Below are positions 19,756 to 28,571 of a DNA stretch of 60,229 nucleotides, one piece after another (within the stretch, counting starts at the first letter, position 1; the number at the start of each line of letters is the position of its first letter). The notes under the pieces were generated by a model, which did no database searches, was not told the DNA's origin, and worked only from the letters and a program-made list of their open reading frames with translations. The DNA is taken from positions 1 to 60,229 of the forward strand of contig CAVTUQ010000016.1 in assembly GCA_963737905.1 (NCBI GenBank), written 5' to 3'. This DNA comes from an uncultured delta proteobacterium (GTDB taxonomy: Bacteria > Desulfobacterota > Binatia > UBA9968). The translations under genes were made by a program, and so were the position numbers.

Positions 19756-22700
19756 TCACATGGACGTAAGGTAATCCAGAACAGCCAAAATGCCCGCTCC
19801 GCCAAACGGAATCGCGAGGGCTCCTATGACCGGGTGCTTGGAGAGAGGAACAAAGGCACCTTCGTCATACGATTCGACTTCGTGGATCAATAGACGGATC
19901 TGTTCGGGGAGATTAGCATTCTTCTGGTCCCTGTCAGGATCATCTTTCCGCGGCTTTGGTTTTGTCGAAATCAATGCCAGTGAAGAAGCGCGAAAAGTCC
20001 CCCAAGCGCGAGTCGGAACCGATCTCGATGGCGTTAGTTCCAGATCTTCTCTATCCTCACTCTGCAGATATTTTCTTTCGCCGCCCAAAACTTTCAAAAG
20101 CTTGTGTTTCAGCTTGCCGATCGCCTCTCGCCTCGCGTTTTCAGCAGATCGACGAATAACCCATACAGCATAAAGCGCATAAGCTGAGTTGAAACCGAAA
20201 ACAAGGATCAGCAGTATGGGCCAGTCCCAGCGGTCGAAAAATTGGTACCGTGAGATAATTGTGAGAAACAAGACGACAAACGGATAGAAAATGAGCTTTC
20301 CGACCACCTTGGTGCGCTCACCGATGAGGTTGACGCCGATCCATTCATCCAAATAGTCGCGGTGGATGCCGTACTGTTTTTCAAATTCGCGGTAAGTCTC
20401 CTCCGGCCACTTCGTCGCTTTATGGTTTAGGTTGTCGATGAATTTCTTACAGAGCTGGGCTGCATCAACGACGAAAAAAATGAGAACGATCAAAGGCAGC
20501 ACCGTAAAATAAAGAACAAATTTATCAGTCCAGTAACTTATGGGTCCACGGTAAGGCACGAAAGGAGGGTCATAGCCAAACAACAGCATCAGTATGACTA
20601 TCGATAAGACGTAAACCAGCAACACTGGGATGAACCGAGCAACGCGATGTTTACAAGAGCCGAGCCAGTTGTAGTCTTTCCACAATTGGAGGGCGTCCAC
20701 TTTCTTTTCTCCATCATCCGTCAGGATGCTTTTTTCCGGATCCCAACGGTTAATCTTGATAGAATTTCGTAAGGTCCACCACCAACGCACTTCGGTTTTG
20801 AATTTTTGCCAAAGGTCGCCGTGCGAAGCTGTTACGGATTGCGACAGTTCGCTTTGATGTCGTTTTTCCCGCAAGCGTTCGGCGGTTTCCTTTATGGATT
20901 GAACTCTGTCGAGCAGACGGAAAGCTTTCGATAACTTATCTTTGTTGTTCCGCAGTTGATGCCGCGTTTGGAAGAATAGAAAATAAAGACTCAAATAGGC
21001 CGCAACCATTCGCGTCACCTCGGCCGGCCAGATACTGATTCCATCGATCAACGAGAAAGGTTCGTCTTGTCCCGAAAAGTGCGCTATGCATATCGCGGTC
21101 GCCAAAATCAGCGGGAGCAACATCAATAACCAGACGAGCGCGCGAAACCATGGCGTTTGCTTAGTACGTCGTCTAAATGTGTCTCGAACAATTTTTCCAA
21201 GATCCCGGGCGGTGCCACTGAAATAAGCTATGAGCCAAAGCACCAACAAGAGAAAAACAATTAATAGGGGGACCGTTAACAAGTCCCACGGCGACAAATC
21301 TTTCATAATGTGGGGGTTGGGTGGATGCACTCTTTCCGTCGTCGCGTCCGGGCCCAGAGGATACGCCCCGCCCCGGCCGATCTCGAAAAGCCGCACCGGA
21401 AGGAGAGGCGTGATCGAAGTATCGAGTTCAGTCGCGACCTTCTCCAATTGTTTGTTATGCGGCGGAAGAGCTAACTGGCTGGCGAGGAATGTGGCCGTCT
21501 GGTAACTGTCTCGAAACGGGGGGATATCTCCCTGAATATCTTTGTCTAATTGCAATCCGAAACTCGAGGCTACGATTAGATTTCGAGACCAGTTCAACTC
21601 CTTGGAATGAAACAGGCGAGCATCTAAATCCGTTGTGAAAAAAATCACGTTGGGAAAGTGAATCCGCAAGGACTGCAAGAGCAGGAGCTTGTCGTAGACG
21701 TCGCTCCCCAACACGCCGATGGCTGTGATCTTCTTACCGGAGTTGGATTCCTCGTCCTGTAGTTTGGCCGCTAGACGCGGGATGTAGTCAAGCTGGCTGT
21801 TGCCCTGAGGCGACTCCAATGGTGCGATTTCTCGCCGTTTGTTGATAGCCTCTTCTTTGTTCGAATCGTTGCTGGTCTTTGACGACTGCGATTCGCTTCC
21901 CGGAAGTTTCCCATCCAGCCCCCGAAGATAGCTCACCTGGACCAGATCTCTTCTGTTCAACAGCTTCGAGAACGTATCTGGCAATGCCCGACCGTAAAAA
22001 GTATCCCACTCGGAAACCAAGGCGATCGCGTCTTTATCGGGAGCAATGCCGCGCAGCTTAAGTTCCGTTATGAGCGCACAGATTAGCACATCGTCCGTCA
22101 AGGTGACGTTGTGAAATTCGAGTTTTCCCCTCAGTTTCTCTTTTACACGGGCTCTGGTATCCTTCTCGGTTTCACACAAAGGTTGGCTAGGTTCTTGTAA
22201 TAAAAGGCTGTCGGGAGCAGTCGCGGAGGGAGAGTAGATTTCGCCACCGTCCAATTGGGTATCGTCCGTCAGCATGGCCTTTAACGTGGTAGAGCTCCAG
22301 GGACCGATAATTTTGAGTTCCATTTTCCGCTGTTCGACGGCGATCTTGTCCGTCAAAACATGTTTGAGTAATTTGAGTCGCTTGAGCGGCCAGTCTTCGA
22401 ACATGTCATCTTTTATCCAGAGCAGCAGGATGGCTCGCTTTCGTGATGTGGAGGTTTCGAATTCATTGCGTTCAAACCACTCGAAAGGCACCGATAACCG
22501 AAGGCACTTTTCACCCATTGTGTCGTTCGAGCATTCTTTCGATGCTTCTTCGACTGACCGGCTTTTTAATGTTTCGCCGCGAGGCCAACCCATTTCAAAG
22601 TAGCCGACGTGCTCCGGATCATACGGTCTATACCCTGATCGGGAGAGCCCGGCCAGGACCGCAAAGCGACCTCGGATACGCCACTCGGCTCCTTCATTGT

Positions 22701-23049
22701 AAGGGCTTCCGGTCACCATGACCGGCATGATTGTTATGTTCTTGTCACTCCGGCTTGCAATCTGTTGTCTGACTTTCTCAGTGTTGTAGCGGCTTATCGT
22801 CGGACCGCTCTTAGACCCGTCGTTGGAAGATTTGCGCTGCTGATCTAGAGTGACTGCCTCGAAAGGGTCTTGCCAAAGCCGGGCTTCGGCATCCTGGTCC
22901 CCGAGCGCCGTCCCGTTGAAAGCCGCCCTTTCAGCCGGGCGCGAGCTTTTGAGCGGGGCCTGCAACCAAAACAGGTTCGCTGCAAGCGCCGTAATGAGCG
23001 CAATCGATGGCCAGCTGTTGATTAGACCGCCTGGTTTTTTCTCATCCAT
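19756..23049 (-). CDS. Large membrane protein: type-I periplasmic-binding-like (Venus flytrap) region plus about 8 C-terminal TM helices
   Basis: 1097-aa ORF with IIGPWSS, YSPSATAP, FHNVTLTDD and IALVSEWDTFYG segments, followed by multiple hydrophobic stretches. Confidence 0.75.
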   Translation of the reverse strand: MDEKKPGGLINSWPSIALITALAANLFWLQAPLKSSRPAERAAFNGTALGDQDAEARLWQDPFEAVTLDQQRKSSNDGSKSGPTISRYNTEKVRQQIASRSDKNITIMPVMVTGSPYNEGAEWRIRGRFAVLAGLSRSGYRPYDPEHVGYFEMGWPRGETLKSRSVEEASKECSNDTMGEKCLRLSVPFEWFERNEFETSTSRKRAILLLWIKDDMFEDWPLKRLKLLKHVLTDKIAVEQRKMELKIIGPWSSTTLKAMLTDDTQLDGGEIYSPSATAPDSLLLQEPSQPLCETEKDTRARVKEKLRGKLEFHNVTLTDDVLICALITELKLRGIAPDKDAIALVSEWDTFYGRALPDTFSKLLNRRDLVQVSYLRGLDGKLPGSESQSSKTSNDSNKEEAINKRREIAPLESPQGNSQLDYIPRLAAKLQDEESNSGKKITAIGVLGSDVYDKLLLLQSLRIHFPNVIFFTTDLDARLFHSKELNWSRNLIVASSFGLQLDKDIQGDIPPFRDSYQTATFLASQLALPPHNKQLEKVATELDTSITPLLPVRLFEIGRGGAYPLGPDATTERVHPPNPHIMKDLSPWDLLTVPLLIVFLLLVLWLIAYFSGTARDLGKIVRDTFRRRTKQTPWFRALVWLLMLLPLILATAICIAHFSGQDEPFSLIDGISIWPAEVTRMVAAYLSLYFLFFQTRHQLRNNKDKLSKAFRLLDRVQSIKETAERLREKRHQSELSQSVTASHGDLWQKFKTEVRWWWTLRNSIKINRWDPEKSILTDDGEKKVDALQLWKDYNWLGSCKHRVARFIPVLLVYVLSIVILMLLFGYDPPFVPYRGPISYWTDKFVLYFTVLPLIVLIFFVVDAAQLCKKFIDNLNHKATKWPEETYREFEKQYGIHRDYLDEWIGVNLIGERTKVVGKLIFYPFVVLFLTIISRYQFFDRWDWPILLILVFGFNSAYALYAVWVIRRSAENARREAIGKLKHKLLKVLGGERKYLQSEDREDLELTPSRSVPTRAWGTFRASSLALISTKPKPRKDDPDRDQKNANLPEQIRLLIHEVESYDEGAFVPLSKHPVIGALAIPFGGAGILAVLDYLTSM

Positions 23050-23329
23050 ATAGATTCCGTACGGTTCAGGAGACTATAAATTGCAGTTTCGCTGTAGCAG
23101 CCTGCGCTGATCGTTTGTTGATAGCCAATAAGGTAAATCCTACGATTGATTGAGAGCAACCAAAGTGCCAGTCGTGAAATCCGCTAAGAGTTAACTAAAC
23201 GTTTAAGAATTTTAGGTGTTTAGGTTGGAGTATCTTTTTTTCTGCGCCTTGAACGAAGAACTATACGCGCGACTTTATGGATACGGGGGTGTATACAAAG
23301 TTGCGTCGATGTCTTAAACCTTTGGAGAT

Positions 23330-23570
23330 CGGGCCCGGCCGGCCGATCCAACATCTCGATGCCGCGACGCAGAAGGCGATCCTCCCGGCTGCCGACAGCG
23401 ACTTCGTCGAGGGGATCCGCTTCAGCCTCGCAACGGCTATGATTTTTCTCGCCCTCGTCCTCGCCGCCGGCTTCGCCTGGTTTCCCCGCGGCAAGGGCGC
23501 CGTCGCCGACGCCGAGCGTGAGGCACGAGCGCTTGAGTCGGAGGAGACCGCCCCCGAAGGCCCTGTTTAG
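23330..23570 (+). pseudogene. GC-rich gene fragment resembling the C-terminus of a DHA2-type MFS transporter
   Basis: AILPAADSDFVEGIRFSLATAMIFLALVLAAGFAWFPR is a last-TM pattern; the GC-rich patch sits inside AT-richer flanks. Confidence 0.35.
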
Positions 23571-23795
23571 CAACAGCAAGAACCGGGTCGGATCCGCGCA
23601 ATGTATTGATCGAACGGATTGAGTGAACGGAGTAGGGCACTAAGGCCAGAAACACTGTCTTTTGGGCGAAAAATTCTAAAGTACCTCACACTTGTAGCCC
23701 TCGGTTAGTGTTGCTTAGAAAAGCTAAAAACCTTTCCTAAAGACGTATTATCAGACTCTAAGATCGTTACTGTCACGTAAGAATTGACTTCATCT

Positions 23796-23950
23796 GTGAG
23801 CCCCGCGGCTAACATGAATAAGTCAATAATGGGAATTGATCAGGAACAAAGTGACTCTCCGCGTCACGACTATCTCAAGAGTCCCGGACTTACACAAAAC
23901 ATGCAGCGACTGCTGGCGGTGACTAATCCGAAGGTTGCGGAGGCGGCCTC
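23796..23950 (+). other. Structured non-coding segment, possibly an orphan IS110-family non-coding end
   Basis: GTGAGCCCCGCGGCTAACATG...GACTCT/AGAGTC stem (23853-23858/23878-23883)...CTGCTGGCGGTGACTAATCCGAAG...GCGGAGGC; recalled resemblance only, and no transposase follows. Confidence 0.4.
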
Positions 23951-24190
23951 CCGGCCGCGAACCAACGTTTGGGTGCCTTGCCCTGGCGCATCTTGAGCGC
24001 CGAAAAGCAAAGGACTAAGGAAGTCTAAAAATCGCAGCATTCCGCCGGCAACTTTATTTTCCCACGGTGTTGAAACAGAGAGCGATCTTTAATAGCAGTA
24101 TTGCACGGTCGGGTAAACGAAAGTGCTGCGTGCTTCGTCGAGTATTATTGAGCAAGTCCCGCCGTCTTCGTAAAACGAAAGGGGGTTGAG

Positions 24191-25228
24191 ATGGCAAACG
24201 ATCAATGGCGTCGCGATGTGACAGAGGATTTGCAGCGGTTGCGACGGCAATTTGAAGGGTTTAATCCCGGCGTTGTGTTCCCGGTGCTGTTAATTCTCCT
24301 GGTTATCATCATTCTATGGTCCAGTTGGTATACCGTCCAGCCCGAGGAAACTGCTATCGTTCAGCGGTTCGGGCGGGTTCAACGCTCGACCGGTCCAGGG
24401 CTTCACTTCAAAATACCGCTCGGGATTGAGACCGTAAGACTGGTCCCCACGGCTCGAGTCCTCAAGGAAGAGTTCGGCTTTCGGACGGCGGAGGCAGGTC
24501 GTCAGACGCGGTATGCCGGCGGGGACTATTCCAACGAGTCGCTCATGTTGACCGGAGACCTCAACGTCATCGATGTTCAATGGATCGTTCAATTCAGAGT
24601 CGAAGACCCCGTTCACTATCTTTTCAAGGTCCGGGAACAGCGCGAGACCTTTCGCGACGTCGCCGAGGCGGTCATGCGGCGTGTAGTGGGCAATCGTTTA
24701 GGAAGTGATGTTCTGACCGTGGGGCGAGTGGCCGTTGCCAGCGAGGTCAAGGAGGAAATGCAAAAAATCCTGTCTGACTACGAGACCGGCATCCGGCTTG
24801 TCACGGTCGAGCTTCAGGATGTTACTCCTCCGGACCAGGTGAAGCCGGCTTTCAATGAAGTCAATGAAGCGCGCCAAGATCTGGAGCGTATGGTCAATCA
24901 AGCGCAGGAACAGGCGAACAAGCTGATTCCCAAGGCCGCCGGAGAAGCGAAACAAGCGATTGCGGAAGCGGAAGGTTATGCGACCGAACGGGTCAATCAA
25001 GCTCGTGGCGAAACCGCTCGCTTTACCTCCGTGTTGGCAGAGTACCAGCGGGTACCCGAAGTCACCCGACGACGCCTGTACCTGGAGGCGATGGGCGTAG
25101 TGCTTTCCGAAGCCAAAAGCGTTTACATCGTCGACAGCGAGCAACGGGCATTGATTCCCTGGCTTTCGATAGATTCAGGCCAGCGTCCCCCGCCATTAAA
25201 AAAACCGACGGAGGAACCCAAGTCATGA
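24191..25228 (+). CDS. hflK: FtsH protease modulator HflK
   Basis: SPFH domain, MLTGDLN, PPDQVKPAFNEVNEA and PEVTRRRLYLEAM. Confidence 0.95.
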   Translation: MANDQWRRDVTEDLQRLRRQFEGFNPGVVFPVLLILLVIIILWSSWYTVQPEETAIVQRFGRVQRSTGPGLHFKIPLGIETVRLVPTARVLKEEFGFRTAEAGRQTRYAGGDYSNESLMLTGDLNVIDVQWIVQFRVEDPVHYLFKVREQRETFRDVAEAVMRRVVGNRLGSDVLTVGRVAVASEVKEEMQKILSDYETGIRLVTVELQDVTPPDQVKPAFNEVNEARQDLERMVNQAQEQANKLIPKAAGEAKQAIAEAEGYATERVNQARGETARFTSVLAEYQRVPEVTRRRLYLEAMGVVLSEAKSVYIVDSEQRALIPWLSIDSGQRPPPLKKPTEEPKS

Positions 25229-26196
25229 AAACGCCGCTACGTTACGTTTTAGGTATTCTATTGTTGGGTGTCGTCCTATCGCTGGTTGGCGCCTTTTATG
25301 TCCTACAAGAAGGACAACAGGCGGTCATCTTGCAATTCGGCCGGCCGGTGGGGACACCCGTGACCGAAGCGGGCTTGCATTTCAAAATACCGTTCATACA
25401 AGAGGTGCGGCGTTTCGATAAGCGTCTGCTGATCTGGGACGGCGACCCTAATCAGATACCCACGGCCGGGCGCGAGTTTATCTGGGTGGACTCCACCGCA
25501 CGATGGCGCATCGTCGACCCGCTGAAGTTCCTCGAAAGCGTTGCCACGGAGGCTGGAGCTCAATCGCGGCTCGACGATATCATCGACTCCGTCGTCAGAG
25601 ATCAGGTCTCATCGAACTCGCTCGTCGAACTGGTTCGAAGCTCGTCTTGGACGACGCCCAAAGAGGAGGTTCTCGAAGAGGTTTCCAAGGAAGTGGTGGA
25701 AGAGCTCAAGAAAGAAATCAATCTCGGACGCGAAGGACTCACGCGGGCCATTCTGTCCGTGGTGCGTAAGATCGCCCCCCAGTACGGCATCGAGGTCGTC
25801 GATGTCCGAATCAAACGGCTCAATTATGTGGAAAGCGTGCGTGAAAAGGTCTATGCGCGCATGATTTCCGAGCGGAAACGGATTGCGGCTCGTTTCAGGT
25901 CGGAGGGCGAGGGCAGGAGCGCCGAGATCCTAGGTAACATGGAGAAAGATCTGCGTCAGATCCGTTCCACGGCTTACAAAGAGGTGCAGGAAATTCGTGG
26001 CAAGGGGGACGCGACGGCGACCAAGATTTATGGTGACGCTTATGGCCGGGACAAAGAATTTTACGCCTTTTCGCGCACCCTCGAAAATCTAAAGGCAGGC
26101 AAAAACGAAAATGCGGTGTTGGTCCTGACCACGGATAGCGACTATTACCGTTATCTCAAGGAGGCCAATCCTTCAGGCGTCGGAACCCGGCGATAA
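25225..26196 (+). CDS. hflC: FtsH protease modulator HflC
   Basis: QFGRPV, GLHFKIPF, DVRIKR, RMISER...RSEG and FYAFSRTLE; ATGA overlap with hflK. Confidence 0.95.
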   Translation: MKTPLRYVLGILLLGVVLSLVGAFYVLQEGQQAVILQFGRPVGTPVTEAGLHFKIPFIQEVRRFDKRLLIWDGDPNQIPTAGREFIWVDSTARWRIVDPLKFLESVATEAGAQSRLDDIIDSVVRDQVSSNSLVELVRSSSWTTPKEEVLEEVSKEVVEELKKEINLGREGLTRAILSVVRKIAPQYGIEVVDVRIKRLNYVESVREKVYARMISERKRIAARFRSEGEGRSAEILGNMEKDLRQIRSTAYKEVQEIRGKGDATATKIYGDAYGRDKEFYAFSRTLENLKAGKNENAVLVLTTDSDYYRYLKEANPSGVGTRR

Positions 26197-26376
26197 TCAT
26201 CGACCTTTGCGGCTTTGCGTCTCTGCGGGAGATATTCCCATTCTTTCGGCTTCGGCCCTGCCGGCTAGGATCCTCTGGGCGTGGGCCTGTGGTATACAGA
26301 CAGTCGCGGTTTGACAGGTAGAAGACAAAATGCAATGAGTCTGCCAGGATAAAGGCTATCATCACAGGAGGACCGA

Positions 26377-26787
26377 TTGATGGAAAACGAAACAGCGTCG
26401 GCGACAAAGAGCGATCCGATTATTATCGAGCAGGCCGGAATGCGCATGACCGTCGCGCACCGGCAAGGCCTCGGCGGTAGCGATGAAGGGCTGACTTTCG
26501 ACATCACGACCTCCGGCCATGAGGACGAGGGAAAAAGAATTCTGCGCTTCGATTGCTTTTACAAAAATCCTCATTATCACGTCGGTGCCTCCGGCGATCG
26601 CTCAACTCACAAAATGAAGGATGAGGGCGTGGAAGACTCTGTCCGCTGGACTTTGGAGCAGCTCAAGACTCGGTTTCCCTCAATGGTCAAACAAGCCGGC
26701 TACGAGGAAATCGCCGAGCGGATCGACCAGCAAGCGATCGCCGATCAACTCACCCGGTTAGAACCGGAAATACTCGCTAAATACTAG
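26377..26787 (+). CDS. Hypothetical protein (LRFDCF..NPHYH motif)
   Basis: RBS AGGAGG; 136-aa ORF with a conserved-looking motif. Confidence 0.7.
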   Translation: MMENETASATKSDPIIIEQAGMRMTVAHRQGLGGSDEGLTFDITTSGHEDEGKRILRFDCFYKNPHYHVGASGDRSTHKMKDEGVEDSVRWTLEQLKTRFPSMVKQAGYEEIAERIDQQAIADQLTRLEPEILAKY

Positions 26788-26837
26788 CCAAAGATATTTG
26801 AAATTTTGGGGATAAAGAAAAAGTCGGAAAAAACATG

Positions 26838-26945
26838 TCTCGCGCAAAGGCGCAAGGGTCGCCAAGGTTCGGAGAAATAAGCAAGGGTTTTCTTTGCGTG
26901 CTTGGCGTCCTTTCGACTTCGCTCAAGACAGGCTTGGCGCGATAA
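26838..26945. repeat. REP-like inverted repeat (CGCAAAGGCGCAAG.../...CTTTGCG..CTTGGCG) with a nested CCTTTCGACTTCGCTCAAGACAGG palindrome
   Basis: Octamer-based arms, with a related half at 26205-26232; the second palindrome interrupts the right arm at about 26909-26933. Confidence 0.55.
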
Positions 26946-27175
26946 TGTTTTTGTCCGCATGGTTGGCAGCATAGAGTGGTAGAGATAAATGCTGAGACTT
27001 TAGAGTGTAAGAATCTAAATCGGTGTTGGGCTGTAGCCATAAGTCGGCATAGATTCGTCTGACTGCCGAGCGGATATCTTAGCGTGCTTCCCAGATACAG
27101 GTTCGCCGCGATGATGGACCCATGCTTCCATTTCCCGTTAGCTAAGCTAGTTCTCACTGAAGAATTGCCCGTTCG

Positions 27176-27259
27176 CCCTTCGACACAGATCAGGACGAAC
27201 GGGGAACACGGACACAATGGGTCAAATTTCCGTTCATGCTGAGCGTCGTCGAAGCATTC
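27176..27259. repeat. REP-like palindromic pair (CCCTTCGAC..TCAGGACGAACGG / CCGTTCATGCTGAG..TCGAAGCA)
   Basis: Second copy at about 44030-44110; related half at 42366-42385. Confidence 0.65.
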
Positions 27260-27391
27260 TTAGACTTTCAGTGAGGTCTAGCTAAGTTGATAACTAGTAG
27301 CAATTGCTACGCCTGAGGCCGTTGTCCAACCTTTCTAGAGATTCGTTTGTCTAGGCGATTGCCCGTTTGAGCGACTTAAAGAGGTGCCAGC

Positions 27392-28453
27392 TTGTTACTC
27401 TTGACCAATAACGACGTAGAAAAAGTTTTAACCATGGCCGATTGCGTGGATGTTTTACGCCGCTTTTTCGCTGAGGAAGGGAGTGGCAAGGTGCTGACGC
27501 GCCAGCGCACAGAAAGCTGGCTACCCCACCAACAGACAGATACTTTTTATCAGTGCAAAACAATGGAGGGAGGCGTTCCCTACATTGGTAAGTATGTAAT
27601 TCGGATTGATTCCAATGTCACTAGACAAAAGCATCAGGGTTATTTGAGCCGGACAGAACATGTTCCTTTCGCCAATGGTAGCTGGATGGGCATGTTGCTT
27701 GTCTTCTCCACCGAGACGGGCGAGTTGCTCGGCTGGATGCCCGACGGTTATCTCCAGCGTACCCGCGTGGGGGCCTTGTATGCCCTCGCCGCTGATTACT
27801 TAGCACGCGCAGATTCCGTCGAAGTTGGACTGATAGGATCCGGCTGGCAGGCCGGAGGGCAAATTCTTGGTTTGCTTTGCGTGCGAAACATTAAAAGGGT
27901 AAGGGTTTACAGTTCCAATTCTGATAATCGCAGTCGATTCGCCAACGAATTGCAGGCGAGCTTAGGAATTGAAGTCAAACCTGTTGCTGATGCCCGCGAT
28001 GCCATTGCCAAAGCGGACATCATTGCCTTGGCTACAAATGCCAACCAAAAGGTAATGGAGGCCGCTTGGGTTGAGCCCGGGCAGCACGTAAACTCCGTAC
28101 GCTTTCTTGAGCTCGATCCTCTGTTGTATGAAAGCTGTGATCGAGTGGTTGTGAACAGGGCCGAGCCGTGGATTCAAAACTATTATCTTGGCGAGTTGTG
28201 TCCGCAGGATGTCAAGGATGCCAAGTTGCCCGCCTTTCCTGCCGGCCGGGCTATCGAGGCTCGCGAATTTTTCGCGGGACAGCTCAAGAGAGTTAGAGCT
28301 AGTGAGATTACGTTGTTTCCGAATGAAGCAAGCAATTATCAGTTAGGTGGTCAGTTCGCTGCAGTCGCGGGTTTCGTGCTGGATCGCGCACGCGAAAAGG
28401 GATTAGGCCGCGAGCTGCCTGCGGATTGGTTTTCTCAAACGCTCCTCCCGTGA
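27392..28453 (+). CDS. Ornithine cyclodeaminase/mu-crystallin family protein
   Basis: LQRTRVGA, IGSGWQA Rossmann motif, PGQHVNSV and ELD. Confidence 0.92.
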   Translation: MLLLTNNDVEKVLTMADCVDVLRRFFAEEGSGKVLTRQRTESWLPHQQTDTFYQCKTMEGGVPYIGKYVIRIDSNVTRQKHQGYLSRTEHVPFANGSWMGMLLVFSTETGELLGWMPDGYLQRTRVGALYALAADYLARADSVEVGLIGSGWQAGGQILGLLCVRNIKRVRVYSSNSDNRSRFANELQASLGIEVKPVADARDAIAKADIIALATNANQKVMEAAWVEPGQHVNSVRFLELDPLLYESCDRVVVNRAEPWIQNYYLGELCPQDVKDAKLPAFPAGRAIEAREFFAGQLKRVRASEITLFPNEASNYQLGGQFAAVAGFVLDRAREKGLGRELPADWFSQTLLP

Positions 28454-28571
28454 CGCGATAGCAATTGGGAAGGAAGGAGTAAATCAGGCCGGTGGAAGGT
28501 ACGCTGTAACGACTGCGAGACGGATGATCAGTTGTGCTTTCTTACTAGACCCGACGCTAAGCCCTTTATAG

